Assembly: GCA_964016885.1 (NCBI GenBank)
Contig: OZ024740.1
Coordinates: forward strand, 145,080,001-145,144,000
Length of the DNA: 64,000 bases
Direction: 5' to 3'
From: Eledone cirrhosa
Taxonomy: Eukaryota
In this document: piece after piece, positions 1-13,169 of the stretch
Numbering within the stretch: position 1 is the first letter of the stretch
Layout: each line of letters begins with the position of its first letter
Notes under the pieces: model-generated
What the model saw: the letters and a program-made list of their open reading frames with translations, nothing else
Database searches by the model: none
Told to the model about the DNA's origin: nothing
Program-made: the position numbers and the translations under genes

Positions 1-440
1 TCTAGAATGCGTTAAACTAAGTTTACTATTCAAGTGGAAATGCACTAAAACATCTGACATTATACGTAGAAGATATTACTGACTTGGAAAATGTTGGAAT
101 TAATGAAGTAGTTGCTTAACTCTTTTGATACCAAGCTGGCTGAAACTGTCTCTGGTTCTATAAAACAAAACTACCCTTCAAAATTCTTAATTAATTGAAA
201 TATTATATTTCATAACAAATATGGTCACAAAAATGTTAAGAATAAGAGAGTACAAGGAATGGTGGAGAGTGTGTGAGTAGAGGTGAGGAAAATAAACTGA
301 GATAACTTAGAATATAGAGCAATGGAGGTTAAAGAAGAGACAGAAGTAGGTGCGAGATTGGTAGATGGAATAACTATAGGATAATAACTATAATGCTTTT
401 AAATTATTGCTTTAATCCTCCCTTTTTATTATCCTTTTAG

Positions 441-676
441 ATTGAAACAATAGACCAGTTATCATCCAGAATCACTCATAATGTAGCTGAAGTGAAACTA
501 ATCTTCCATAACTCGATAAAGAATAAAACTGTGTCTCGTGATGCAATTGAGCTGGTTGAGAAGTTCATCTACAACACAAAACAAATGCGAGATTATTGCT
601 CTTTCATCCGACAACAAACGGAACATAATCGACTGGACACAATATCCACCCTTACGTCACTAGTGGAACCCTACAG
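441..676 (+). CDS. tty: Tweety exon A (extracellular helical region): IETIDQLSSR...TSLVEPY(R)
   Basis: Acceptor atccttttag|att, donor tacag|gtaagg; phase 0 to 2; same frame as ORF 492-680; NKT sequon. Confidence 0.88.
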
Positions 677-2159
677 GTAAGGGCCAGCTTACCCCTAAGA
701 TTAACTATTATATGTATTGTTTGTTGGGTGCTGAAGGGTAGCCAGGTAAAAAGAAAAGAGCAATGCCCTTTTTTTTCTTTTATGGTTTAGTCATGAGAGT
801 GAGGTGGTCCATTGTCCAAGGCTATCCAAGAAGAATGATTGATAGGGCTGATGGTTCAGTTTGAACTAAATACTTTACTACAGCTCTTTACATTGAATTT
901 AAGTCTCACTAAAACTGGTTTTGACTTCCATTTTTTAGGAAAAATAAAATACATTCCAATAAAATACTGTGATAAATTTAATTCTATTTAGTAAACCCAC
1001 TTGCCTACAAATTTGTCATCTTGTATAAATAAGAAATTATTTTGTTTTAGTAGAAGTACAATTTGTATTTTAACAAATACATTATTATTGAAGTAAATAT
1101 ATAACAGGATTTGGATTTGCTGATTAAACTGAATAATTTCCCATAACAAAATGCATTTACTGTTTTGTTATTTTGGATATATGTTGTTTAATGGTAAATT
1201 TTCAGAAGTGTGACATCATAGTTAATATCTAAAGGTGATCATTATGCTTGGGTAGAACGACAGTACTGAAGTAGTCAAAGCATTTTGAAGCATCCTACAG
1301 ATCTTTCCCTCCCTCATATATACCTTACTTAACACAATTCTGGAACAACTATATTTAATCATCATCATTTAGTGTCTGTTTTCCCTGCTGGCAAAGATTG
1401 GCTGGGTCTTCACAGACTGGATTAGTACTTAAGCAGAGCTACTGGTGAGTCCATACTATGGTGGTTGTTATGTCTTTGTCATACAATGTTTGACTGCACA
1501 AGGTAGAGCATCAGTCAGAGAAAGGCATGTGTGTTTTGGCAGCCTCATTTGCTCTTGTTTGTAGCTACTAGCAATAAGTATAACAGAGATAGACAAGAGA
1601 TTGATTCTCTCATTGCATAGAATCAGTGAGTCTCAATGAATCAACATTGATTTTTGTAAGACTCACTGGCTAACAACTCAATCCAGAACATATATCTGAA
1701 GGAATGGCAGCTATAGTGGGACTAGTAATTTATGTGAGATTTTATTAATAACATGAGCCAATAGTATGATAGCTTTAGATGGTCGATACTGCTTACTTTG
1801 TAATATCTTCATTCACTCTCTGGAAAAAAAAATACTTCAATTTTGTGAATTCTCAAAGAGAAACTTAGAGGAAAATAACACCAGTTACTACTAGGGATGT
1901 GGCACAAGTGAATTTAACGATGAAGTTTTTGGTGACTTGACAGTTCTAATTTAAAAAAAAAGGAATTTTAAAATGGCAAATAGAATGTGATGTTCATAGG
2001 AAGTGTATTTAACTATTATTAGAAATAAACACCAATCTGAGATAGAAAAGAGAAGCCAACTAATGAAACATGAACCCTACATCTATTACTTGCTTCATTA
2101 CCAGTTACACTACACAGCTTTGCCTAGCATTCCATCTTCACATAGTTACGTCTCTTTAC

Positions 2160-2282
2160 AGTCTGAGTTCAAATCCCGCCGAGGTTAACTTTGCCTTTCA
2201 TCCTTACGGGGGTCGATAAAATAAAGTACCAGTAATGCACTGGGTAATTGCTGGCCTTGTGCCAAAAGTATAAACAATTATT
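2160..2282 (+). mobile_element. tRNA-derived SINE (3' part)
   Basis: B-box-like GAGTTCAAATCC plus core ttgcctttcatcctt.cggggtcgataaaataaagtaccag. Related copies at about 8830-9030(-), 19440-19550, 20330-20530, 21390-21620, 25060-25350, 25600-25740, 31150-31310(-) and 45640-45830. Confidence 0.85.
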
Positions 2283-2872
2283 TACATTAAAATCTTTGCA
2301 ATTAATTTGTAATTTAAATCATGAAATTATTTCTTGTCACAGACATTGAACCATGGTAGGACATCTTGCTATGATAGACATTAGTAACACAGCCTATTCT
2401 GTTAGTGCTCAGTGAGTAATGAAATATTTTGTGGGTATAAAATAGTACAGTAAAAGTAGCAGAAGCAATTTATAGTAGCTAATTTGAGAAGTGACATGGC
2501 AGGTGTATCTGTGTGTGTGTGTATTAACTGGTGCTGGCTGTTTATGCCCCATAACTCTACAGAGATTAAAAAATAAGTATCACACTTAAAAAGAAAAAAA
2601 GTACTGGGGTAATATAGTTAAGATGGTGCCCTTGCATGTTCCAAATCCAATGGCTGAAACCAACCCCCAGCTAGGAAAATAGATATAAAATAGTGATGAC
2701 TATGTATATATATGGTGGGCTTCTGATTTAAACAATTTCTTTTCTAATTATAATTTTATTTGTTGAATTGTCTATATTAGTTGCCTGTATAAAATGATCT
2801 GATTGATATTTCACTTGTTTATATTGGTTGTCTGTGTAAACCATCTGATTGCTATCTTAATTTTCATTTTAG

Positions 2873-2968
2873 ATGGATTGCTACCCTTTCACTCTTCAGT
2901 GTTCATGCGTTAATAAGCCTTTTGCTGCTTATTGGGATGCTGACTTGTTCCCGTTGTTTGTTGATTTT
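2873..2968 (+). CDS. tty: Tweety exon B (TM helix): RWIATLSLFSVHALISLLLLIGMLTCSRCLLI
   Basis: Acceptor ttttcattttag|a, donor tt|gtaagt; phase 2 to 2; completes the YRW motif. Confidence 0.92.
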
Positions 2969-3309
2969 GTAAGTATTCTTCAAAAACGTACAACTGAAAT
3001 ATTACTTCTCTTTCCCACCATTCTGTCCCATTACCACCTCTCTCTGCCTAGCTAAGGGCACAACAAATGGGTGTATTTCAGTGTTAGTCACACTAAAACA
3101 TACCCAGTACACTCTGCAAGTGATGGCAGCACTAGTGCTATAAAATGTACACAGCCCATTCTGTAAAGTGGTAGGACCATTGCTATGATAACATGCATAC
3201 AGCCCACTGTAATGAGGTATTGTTGGTGCCATGATAATATGCACTCAGTACACATTGTAAAATGGTTGGAACTTGGAAGATGATCCAGCTGTAGAAACTA
3301 TGCCAAACT

Positions 3310-4310
3310 AGAATGTATAAACAAGGATGCCACAGTACTGAAATATGCAGATGACATCAAGCTGTACCTTGAGATAAAAAGGACAGATCCTGAACACTAT
3401 AGATCTTGCCTGCAATCTGACCTGGACACAATGCAACAATGGATCTCGAACTGGCAACTCAAGCTGGCTGTGGACCAGTGTACCACCATACATTTTGGGA
3501 GTAAAACTCAGCATCCACATACTCCCTCCACAACACTAATATCAAGAAGTCTTCTTGTGAATGTGACCTGGGCATTACTGTCAGCAGCGATTTGCGTTGG
3601 ACGAAGCATGTCTCTAAAATTGTCAAGAAGGCCGAGGGTGTCTTAGCATTACTCAGCAAGACCTTTGTCAGCCGACTCCAGATATCTATTTAAGGCTGTA
3701 TACAGCTATAGTGTGGCCACACTTAGAATTTGTATCGCCAATCTGGAACCCCTATTTTGCTCAGAACATTGACCGCCTGGAAACTGTTCAGATATGCGCA
3801 ACCAAATGAATACCCTCTATCAGGCATCTACCATACTCTGAACGCCTTGCTTCCCTGGGCATGGATACATTGAAGCTCCGATGTCTGGCAACGGACTTGG
3901 TAGTCACCCACAAAATTATTAACCATCTTTCCAACAACAACCCTGAGTACCTTTTTGATTTCCATGTGTCTAATACACGTGGGCATGCCTACAAAGTCAG
4001 AAAATAGCACAGCTCCCATGACTTTCGGAAACATTTTTTCACGCTCAGAGTTGCTGAAGCATGGAACAAACTACCTGCATCAGTTGTTAGCTGCCGATAC
4101 ACTGCATCCTTTAAAACCGCCATGCTTCCTGAAATTCGCGAACACTACACCTAATATTCCCTCTCCATACACACGCACACATGTATTTCATGACTCGTAC
4201 ACTGTTCATTTTCCTGACATTTGTATATTATTCTATGTATCATACATGCACCTTTGATGAGTTGTAGTGCACCTGAACACTGTACACAATAATTTCATTA
4301 TTTATTATAT
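3310..4310 (+). mobile_element. 5'-truncated CR1-group LINE (RT C-terminus and 3' UTR), degenerate
   Basis: Frameshifted RT motifs KYADDIKLY and VWPHLEFVSPIWNPY...DRLETVQ; 3' end gtagtgcacctgaacactgtacacaataatttc followed by an (att)n tail; nested in an older short repeat. Confidence 0.88.
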
Positions 4311-4943
4311 TAAGATGTGGTCACCTGACCTGTCTAGTCTCAGAATGTGACAACCTGTCTAACTGATACTAGCATAAAACATGGACATAAAATGATGACG
4401 ATGATAATACTGATAATGATTTACTCTTCACATTTATTGTATCCCCTGTGTTACCTGTTAATCCTAAATATTGATCTGATTTAAGTTATTTTCATTGTTT
4501 ACTCCCCCTTACCCCAAGAAAGCTCTGATAGAGCAGATCTCTGGTCAAAGACATTCCTGTTGTAACATTCCCATCTTTTTAGGGATATCTAGGATTTCAC
4601 TCACAATGTATCCTTCCTTTCTTTTAAAATGATAAAGCGTGAATTGAGGGAGATTTAATTGGCTATTTCTAGTAGGTTGAGTAACTGCTTAGAGGCTCTC
4701 GTTATTTTAAGGTATTGCTGTTTTAACCCCAATTTTGATCAATCAGACTTATGATCAAAAGCTCCAGGCATGACTTTCCCATCATTTGATTATGGAAGGA
4801 ACCCAGAAGCACACCATCTAATGTGTCCTTTTCTAATATGGGTGGTTTTGATTGCTATTTCTAGAAGTCAAGTCCCAGGGTCCAGTAAAGAAATCATTTT
4901 TAGGAGTCAAGTGAACCTGTTGTGAATATGGCTATCTGAGCCT

Positions 4944-5176
4944 TTTAATCCTTGTGACACCAACCCAGCCAAAACCAGCTCTGGTTCTATGAAGCAAATT
5001 ACTTATGAAGAGTTCCTATTTAAATTAATATCTTCCAACAATTTGTTTTATAAGAGCCATATGTTAAGTTACTATATCAATAATGAAATAATTAATAATT
5101 TTAGGAAATACCTCTAAATTCTTAATTAAATGAAATAGCATGTATTTCATTAGAAATATGATTAGGGAAGGGTTAA
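4944..5176. mobile_element. piggyBac-like MITE (TTAA-flanked, degenerate CCC...GGG termini)
   Basis: ttaatccttgtgacacc ... gaagggttaa. Same family at about 116-240, 5570-5800 and 30212-30466 (the last ends ggtatcaaaagggttaa). Confidence 0.6.
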
Positions 5177-5974
5177 AAGTCTGTCATGTGAATAGTTAGA
5201 GAATTTTGTGAGCCACATCAATAGGCACCAGGATAGGTGAGCTGGATTGTATAGAAATTAATGTTCACATGACCAGAAATAAGATTGAGGTCAGAAATAA
5301 GATTGAGGACACTGAATTTATTGAGGAGTGGAATTATCAATGACTGGTTACAATGGTTTCAGTATAACAGTTAACCAGCTACTTGTTACTCAGTGTAGGC
5401 ACAGAAGTGGAAAGAATATGTTACCAAGGGCATTCATCATCATCCCTTTACATCTGTTTTCCATGCATGCATTGGTTGGACAGGTTTTTGCCAGCACAGC
5501 TGCCCTCAACATGAGTTGTTTGTAACTAAACTTTGAGAGAAATAATCCTCAATAGCAAATGTTAGTAGTATAAGCCTTTTGATACTGATCCACCCCAAAA
5601 CTGCCTCTGGTTCTATGAAACATAATCACCCATTTTTGAAAGGTTTCTAGTTAACTTAAAACCTTCCAACATAATTTTACATTGTGATGTTATAAATACC
5701 ACCTTAATAATGAAATAATTAAGTAAATCCCTCCAAATAACAAATTCAAATGTAATCTCTTTTATTATAAATACAACTGTTAAAAGTACTGCAAATATTT
5801 TTTGCATGTTCATATGATTTTATTATATTTTTATTGGTTAACTGATGTTATGATTTTTCATAAGCCACAGTCCTCCATGCCACACATGGTCAGAAGCTCT
5901 TTTTAAATTCAATGAAGTTGTAGACTGGTATTCCAAGTAATATATTTTACTAAGAATATTATTAACATAAAGGA

Positions 5975-6990
5975 AATAATAATAATGAAAATATTGTGTA
6001 CAGTGCTCAGGTGCACTACAACTCATCAAAAATGTATGTATAGTGCATAGGGTAATGTACAAACGTCAGGAAAATGAACAGTGCATGAGTCATGATATAC
6101 ATGTATGCATGTGTATGGAAAGGGGTACATCAGGTTTAGTTTTGGCGAATTTCGGGAAGCATGAGGGTTTTAAAGGATGCAGTGTCTCGGCAGCTAACAA
6201 CTGACGCAGGCAGTTTGTTCCATGCTTCAGTAACTCTGAGCGTGAAAAAATGTTTCTGAAAGAAAGCTGGTGCAAAAGGAAGTACTCGCCACGTTTGAGA
6301 AGCAGGTATGTAACACCATCAAGACCAGGGGAGGCATAGTTGTGCCTATTCTTAAGGTGACGTCGCAACATTGCAGGTATAAATTCCATAGTTCTTATGG
6401 AATTTGATGTTAGAGATGGTGGAGATGGTACATTCTGGTTTTCAACAGTGAAAATGCTTGCATAGCACTCAGCAATGAGTTCTGTGCATTCTTTGGGATC
6501 GTCAGTGATCTGGTTTGTGTGGAGATTGTGAAGAGGACCAACTGGAGAGTAAGGTCTCTGCTTTGAATGAACATATTTCCAGAACACCTTACTATCAGGA
6601 TTGGTTGCTATGCACTGTTCAAACAACAGTGCATAGCAATACCAAGCAGAAGTGTTGACATGGTCATATGCATGTCACAGAAAAAACTTATTCTTGTGAT
6701 TCGTTCAAATCAACGCAAGGAATTACCGAAAAACTTGAACAAATGTAGACCATCACACCACCACCACGGCGATTAATGTGGTCCTTGCGGAACAGGTTGT
6801 ACCCAGTAATGCTGAAAACCCCATCACAGTAAGGAATGTGACCATGTTTCTGTGACTAATGAAGTTGGGGTCGATGCTTCTGACGTAGGAGTTAAACAGA
6901 TGTATCTTGCTGCATAAACTGCGAGCATTTAAGGACAACAATTTGTACCCTGCTTGCAGTTTATGATGGTGTGTAGAGGATGGCAGGTTG
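5975..6990 (-). mobile_element. Internally deleted CR1-group LINE (endonuclease region fused to 3' end)
   Basis: Minus-strand LSLNARSLCSKI (APE endonuclease start), linker KVFWKYV...SPGLDG, then directly the same 3' end as 4030-4300. Confidence 0.85.
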
Positions 6991-7745
6991 TTCTGGTTTA
7001 GTTTCCCATAGTTGTTGCAGTGTTTCTTAATTGTTTGAAATTGACCTGAATTTCACTAAGTATTATTTTTATTACTGGTTTCATTTGAGTAACTGAAACA
7101 AAAACATATAGCAAAACCTTGCTGGGATGACTAATTAGACTAATTGCACAGTTGTCTTTGATTATTAAACACTCATGTCCCACTAACAAAAATGCAAAGA
7201 TTTAAGATTTTAACCTAGTTGGGTCACATCTTTAATAAAATCAGAACCTAGCATGTTCTTTGTATCAGATATAGAAATAGATTAAGCACAAATAGATTAC
7301 TTCGTGTTGTAGACTTGACAATTAGAGCATGAGAAAAATTACACACCACATCAAAAAGTGCATAAATATACTTTTAGTTTTGGAAATGAATCCATCCATA
7401 GAAAACTTGCCAAATAAAGAGGTTAGAGGACTCTTCAGTAATACCAAAAGACACAATAAACTCACTAGTGCTGGTGCCATGATAAAATGCACCTGGCACA
7501 CTCTGGAGAGTGCAGGAACTTATATATATATTTTCCTTTCCTTTCTTTCCTGTGAAAGCTCATGTTGTTTTTGGCTAGTGATGCAACTAAGTTGAAATCT
7601 TGAGCCTATTAGGTTCATGAGGAGTTGACAACTGAATTAAAAAATCAAGGAGCAGTAGTAATTGTGGAGGTTGTGGTTGTGGAGGTTATGATTGTTGCAG
7701 TAGTGGTGGTTGTTCTTTTTGCTATGGGTGTTGATCAGTGTGTGT

Positions 7746-7929
7746 TTAACCCATTTTTATTTATATTATTCTATATTTACTAAATATAATTATCTATGAG
7801 ATTTTGATTTTATTTATTTTGAGAACAATACCTTAACATCAGTATGAGCAACCAGTTACAGCTGGTTTGAACAGAAAAAAGTGAGAGAATTCTGGCCGGA
7901 TATGGTAGGTTTAAATGCTAAAGGGTTAA
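7746..7929. mobile_element. Short piggyBac-like MITE remnant
   Basis: ttaaccc ... aaatgctaaagggttaa termini. Confidence 0.45.
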
Positions 7930-8041
7930 ACCTTGTTTTTTACAGCTGAGTGTTGTGGTGGTGGTGGTGGTTGCATTAGTTGCTTTTGTTATTGTTACTG
8001 CCGTTAATGTGTTCATTGTTTATTTTTCTATCTCTTTACAG

Positions 8042-8114
8042 CTGTGTGTTGTTTGGTTGCTTGTCTCTGATGTTAATCTGGATTGGTGGAGGGCTTTATC
8101 TTGGAACTGCTGTG
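8042..8114 (+). CDS. tty: Tweety exon C (TM helix): FCVLFGCLSLMLIWIGGGLYLGTAV
   Basis: Acceptor tctctttacag|c, donor gtg|gtaagt; phase 2 to 0; hydrophobic helix with the expected Trp. Confidence 0.9.
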
Positions 8115-8259
8115 GTAAGTTTACAACCCATCTTTGTTTTAGCATCAAAAACCTTTGTTTGATTGCTCCATTGAATTGGTCTAATAATTATTTTGTACAA
8201 TTCCTTTCTTTCTTTCAACCAATTTTTTTTCTCTTACATATTTCTCCCTCACCTCCACA

Positions 8260-8545
<286 letters not shown>

Positions 8546-9379
8546 ACACAGAAGAGGGAAAAATAAAGTTGTAATACTTTTTTACATTTTTAAAAAGTAA
8601 CTATAAATGGCCACACCAAGAATCGAAACTGAGTTACCAAGGGAGTCTATGTAGTTGCTTATATACTCTTAACATCTTGTAATGATTTAGCAGAAAATAT
8701 CTAAAAATTGATTTGTTTATTGAAATGTTTGTATATATGGATCCATAATTCCCAGTGGAGTCGTAGGAGTGTTGTGGTTTTTAGGGCATTGTAAACCTGT
8801 CAGCGCCCATCCCTCTCCAGCGCTGAGCACAGCTTATTTCATTCCAGAGTTGTGAAAGATATAGAGGAAGAATTGACCCAGTACTGGTTTGGTACTATCT
8901 TTTTTATCAATCTTGAATGGAAGAAGGCAAAGTTGCCCTCAGCAAGATTTCAACTCTGAGTACAGAGATTCAGATTAAAAACTGCAGAGCATTCTATTTG
9001 ACATTCTAAAGACCCTGCAAATTCACCTTATAACATTCAAATGTTTATAGCATTTTTATTGGTGGATAGATTGTTGTGAAAATGTCCTTACAGTATTAGA
9101 GTAAAGGCTTCAATATTTAATGTGATGCAGTTATAGTACTGTTTTGGACATTTTGAGGATGTTTTCCTAATGTGGTTTCATGTGATACAAGATGTTGTAG
9201 TGCACCTGAGCACTGTACACAATAATTTCATTATTATCATTATTATTATTAATAATACCAATATCTTTATATGATCTCTCAAACCAGTAGATATAGCAGC
9301 CAAATCCTCCTTAAATCACACTGTTGTCAATAGCACATTCTCATGCACACAGTTTTACTCTTCTTTCATGCACAACTTT

Positions 9380-9537
9380 TCAGTCTCTCTCACTCTCTCT
9401 TTCTCTCTCTCACAATTTTTCCTCGCAGATTTTTCCATTCTCTCTCTCACAATTTTTCCTCACAGATTTTTCCATTCTCTCTCTCTCTCCCTTTCTCTCT
9501 GACTTTCTCTCTCCCTTTCTCTCTGACTTTCTCTCTT

Positions 9538-9621
<84 letters not shown>

Positions 9622-9660
9622 TTCTCTCTCTCTCACTCCCTTTCTTTCTCTGTGTCTTTC
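9380..9660. repeat. (CT)n-rich microsatellite with short internal duplications
   Basis: CT repeats; ctctctctcacaatttttcctc occurs twice. Confidence 0.95.
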
Positions 9661-11082
9661 ATCTGCATCTACATCCACTGTTGCATCAGGTCTCCTATAT
9701 TTGTCAAGCAGTGTAATATAATTAGATCTTTAACTGAAAATGTCATTCCTCTTTACATTTCCTAAAATGTCATTTCCCATGGTTCCTTGATGGAGTTTGG
9801 TAATCCTGCAGATATTGTGTCAGGATCAATTAAATATAATTTATCACATTTCCTCTCTACTTCATATATTTTTCTCCCTTCCATCCTCTGCTCCATATTT
9901 CCCAATGCCAAACTTGCCAATCATCTACATAATCATGGTAGGTTGTGATATGTCCTATATAATTCTGTAGATATAAGAATTGGTAATGATAGCTTTATGG
10001 CAGCATATACGCGTGTGTGTGTTCTATTAATCACATATATTCTACTACCAACCAAAAAATAGACCCTTTTATGCGCTTGCTTGGTATGCTAGAAATGGCA
10101 GTCAAATCCCACTTATTTTGCAAGCTTCTGTCTTAAAAATTGGATAACGTGGTCTTAGATATAGAATACTCAAACAATTGACTGGAACCTCCTTTTGATC
10201 ATAGGTTGCCACAATCAGAGTTGGTCTGTGGTTAAACAACTCTTAGACATGCTCAGGTATTGGTCAACTTCTGATGCATCAGAATATTGGAAGATTATCA
10301 AATCCTGATTGTTTCATCAGTTAGCAGTTGAATTGTAGAAGGGAGTGGGGTGGGGATGTATTTCCAGAATACTATATTACAATAGTGTTTCTTTCACTAT
10401 TTCTGAAAGATCTTGATATCTTCTTACTTGTGACTTTGTATGAACTTTTGCAGCAAATGATTTTGCCAAAAGTACTCCAGGGCCAGATTGGTGGTATTAA
10501 ACTAAGCAATGTATTAAGCCTACCACACAACAACAGGTATAAACTGTCCAAAAAGCTTCTGAATAATTTCAGTCTATCCAATTTCAGTCACTGAAGGTAA
10601 AATTGCTCCTGAAAACTGAATATATTGTGATAAACCATATTATTTATTCATTTATTTGATGGCTTAGTCAAAGGCAGTGCCCATGGGTTTCTGAGGTTGG
10701 TGGGAATGGAGGGTGGTGAGATCTGAATACTTGCAACAAATATTCTACTCTGAATACTTGCAACAAATTATACTCTACTAAAAATACCTAAGGGTTAGGT
10801 GGTGGTGTTAAACCTGATGGTGAGTTAAATCTACCATCTTACAATAGATACAGTCTATTTGGTGGGCTTCTACACAGTTTTTAATTACCTAATTTTACTT
10901 GCAAAGCTGTATTGGAAGCTGTAGTAGAAGACATTTGTCCAAAGTGTTATACTAAGATTGAACCCACGACTGCATGATTGAAATCAAAGTACCCAGTCAT
11001 TGCCATTTTGTTGTCCATATAGTACTCTAGTCGAGACATTTTCAGGTTAATTGATTCAAGTGTTTGGATAATCCGTGTTTCA

Positions 11083-11114
<32 letters not shown>

Positions 11115-11367
11115 ATTAGAAAAATATGATTGAGAAGAATGTAAAGTTTAGATTTTATCAAACACTTGGTGTCATAACCCACCAATATTACCAATCACTT
11201 AATATTCTTGTACAGTTTTGAATCATTAGATTGTGGTCATTCTAGGCACAACTTGATCATAATTGGTTTCATTACGTATTTCAGTCTGGCTCTATGAACA
11301 AAATTTGTATTTTCCTACATTAAAGATTCCAGTTTTTTTCATTTTGCTTTCCTTTTCATTTTCTTAG

Positions 11368-11437
11368 GATTTCGGTGATCTATGTGTCAACCCTGATAAT
11401 TATGTAAGACAACAAACCAGTGCAAACATGGAAGCTA
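11368..11437 (+). CDS. tty: Tweety exon D: DFGDLCVNPDNYVRQQTSANMEA
   Basis: Acceptor cattttcttag|gat, donor a|gtaagt; phase 0 to 1; D-x-C-x-x-P-D motif typical of Tweety. Confidence 0.92.
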
Positions 11438-11556
11438 GTAAGTAAAAGTTGACGCTTTTTTTTTTTTTTTGTTCAATTAACATTGCCTCCTATTTTCTTA
11501 TAACTATATCCAGACATTATAACTGAGACAACCTTTATATTTCTGATCTATAACAG

Positions 11557-11609
11557 AAGTTCTCAATGCTTATTTGAAATGCACAGATCTTCGGGAACCA
11601 TTTGCAGAG
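11557..11609 (+). CDS. tty: Tweety exon E: KVLNAYLKCTDLREPFAE
   Basis: Acceptor ctataacag|aa, donor gag|gtaagt; phase 1 to 0; Y-x-x-C...PF motif; preceded by a 119-nt intron. Confidence 0.88.
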
Positions 11610-12175
11610 GTAAGTGGAACATTTTCATCAGATTATATATAAGTGAGAGGAGCTATGGAGCTATGTTCTTCTCCCACATCTAATTTCTATTTTTTTAAAT
11701 TCCTTCTAATTTGTTTTTAAATATATAAAATATCATCAGTATCATCAGTTAGTCCAACTTTTCCATGTTGTCATGGGTTGGTTGGAACTTTTTGGGTAAT
11801 GTTTTCTGTCTTTCTTGATGCCAATCACATTCATATGTGCCTGTGTGTATGAGGACACCGTTTTTAATAGCAAGTGGCGACGTTTGTTTGCCATTCACAA
11901 TATGTCTCCCATTGCGACAGTTTGATGAATGTCAGTGGTATGTAGTTTGGGTTCGCACCGAAAAGAGCATCTGGCTGTAAGAAAAACAAAACAAAAAAAA
12001 AAATTCATAAAATCTCATCCATGCATGGATAGATAAACTGGATGTAAAAATGATGATTCGTTTATTTGATGTGTCACGCTATTGCTACATTAAATTTTCT
12101 AATTTCTATTACATTCCTCACTTTAATCCGTTTGTGATCATATTTCCAATGAAATACACTTTTATTTTCTTCCAG

Positions 12176-12268
12176 AAATACAATGCTGCTCTCTCTGCAA
12201 TTGTCCATGCCAACAGTACTTTAAGTGAGGCGCTTTATATGGCTTCACCCTACAATATGGGTAGTAAG
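12176..12268 (+). CDS. tty: Tweety exon F: KYNAALSAIVHANSTLSEALYMASPYNMGSK
   Basis: Acceptor tttattttcttccag|aaa, donor aag|gtcagt; phase 0 to 0; NST sequon. Confidence 0.85.
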
Positions 12269-12659
12269 GTCAGTTTGTTTTCTTATCAGCTTATATTTCA
12301 TACATCATATACATACATCTGTGTTTATCAACATAAGTCTATATTTCAAATGTCTCTGAGTGTATATGTGTGTGTATCATCATCATCATCACCACCACAA
12401 TTTAACTTCCATTTTCTATGCTAACAAGGGTTAGATGAGTTGTCTAACCCATATATATATATAATACATATATATGATATATGTGACAATGGGCAGATAT
12501 GGAAATTTATGTCTGGTAAGACATGGAAAAGGGATAACAGCTAGTCTGAGCATATTTTACCTGCAATAGCTGGCAATGAAAAAGCTGTGGGAAACTAAAC
12601 AAGAACAATCTGCCATTCCCTATATATCATCATAAGCTGAAATCCAGATACAAATGATT

Positions 12660-13140
12660 TCCCTTAAATGCTTGTAGTTTATGCAACAAGATACATCTTT
12701 TCAATTTTTTATGTCAAAAGTATCAACCCTGATTTCATTACAGTCATGGAAACATTGGCACATTCTTTACTCTGTGCTGGTGTTTTTAGCATAGTAGGCT
12801 ACAACTTATTTTGTAAAGACTGCATTAATCATGGTCTATGTTCATTCAAACTTTTCAGCAATTCCTTGCGATAATTTGAACCAATCACAAGAAATATTTT
12901 TCTGTGATGCAAGTCTGACCATGTCAACACTTCTACTTGGAGTTGTTTACTGCCTCCTCCCCCCAAAAAAAAATTACCATCAAGACATGCAGCTTTTTGA
13001 TATCCTGAGAGCTGCTGCCAGGAAAACAGCCACTTATGTTTGCATTGCATGTGACTTCAATTACCCTGAGAGTGATTGGGAAGCCTTTCTCTGGTTGTAA
13101 AGTGCAAATGATTTCCTTGAGCTTATCATGGTTTACATTA
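12660..13140 (+). mobile_element. Degenerate CR1-type endonuclease fragment
   Basis: YVKSINPDFITVMET and IACDFNYPESDW resemble APE endonuclease motifs and the 6750-6950 copy. Confidence 0.65.
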
Positions 13141-13169
13141 ACATCTTTGTAGATAGTTCATGAATACAG

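Noticed and set aside
2160-2200. tRNA-like B box GAGTTCAAATCC (many copies)
   Set aside because: These are SINE heads without a full cloverleaf, not tRNA genes
12260-12266. Alternative donors g|gtagta and a|gtaagg in exon F
   Set aside because: They give phase 1, incompatible with the phase-0 start of exon G; 12268 keeps the frame
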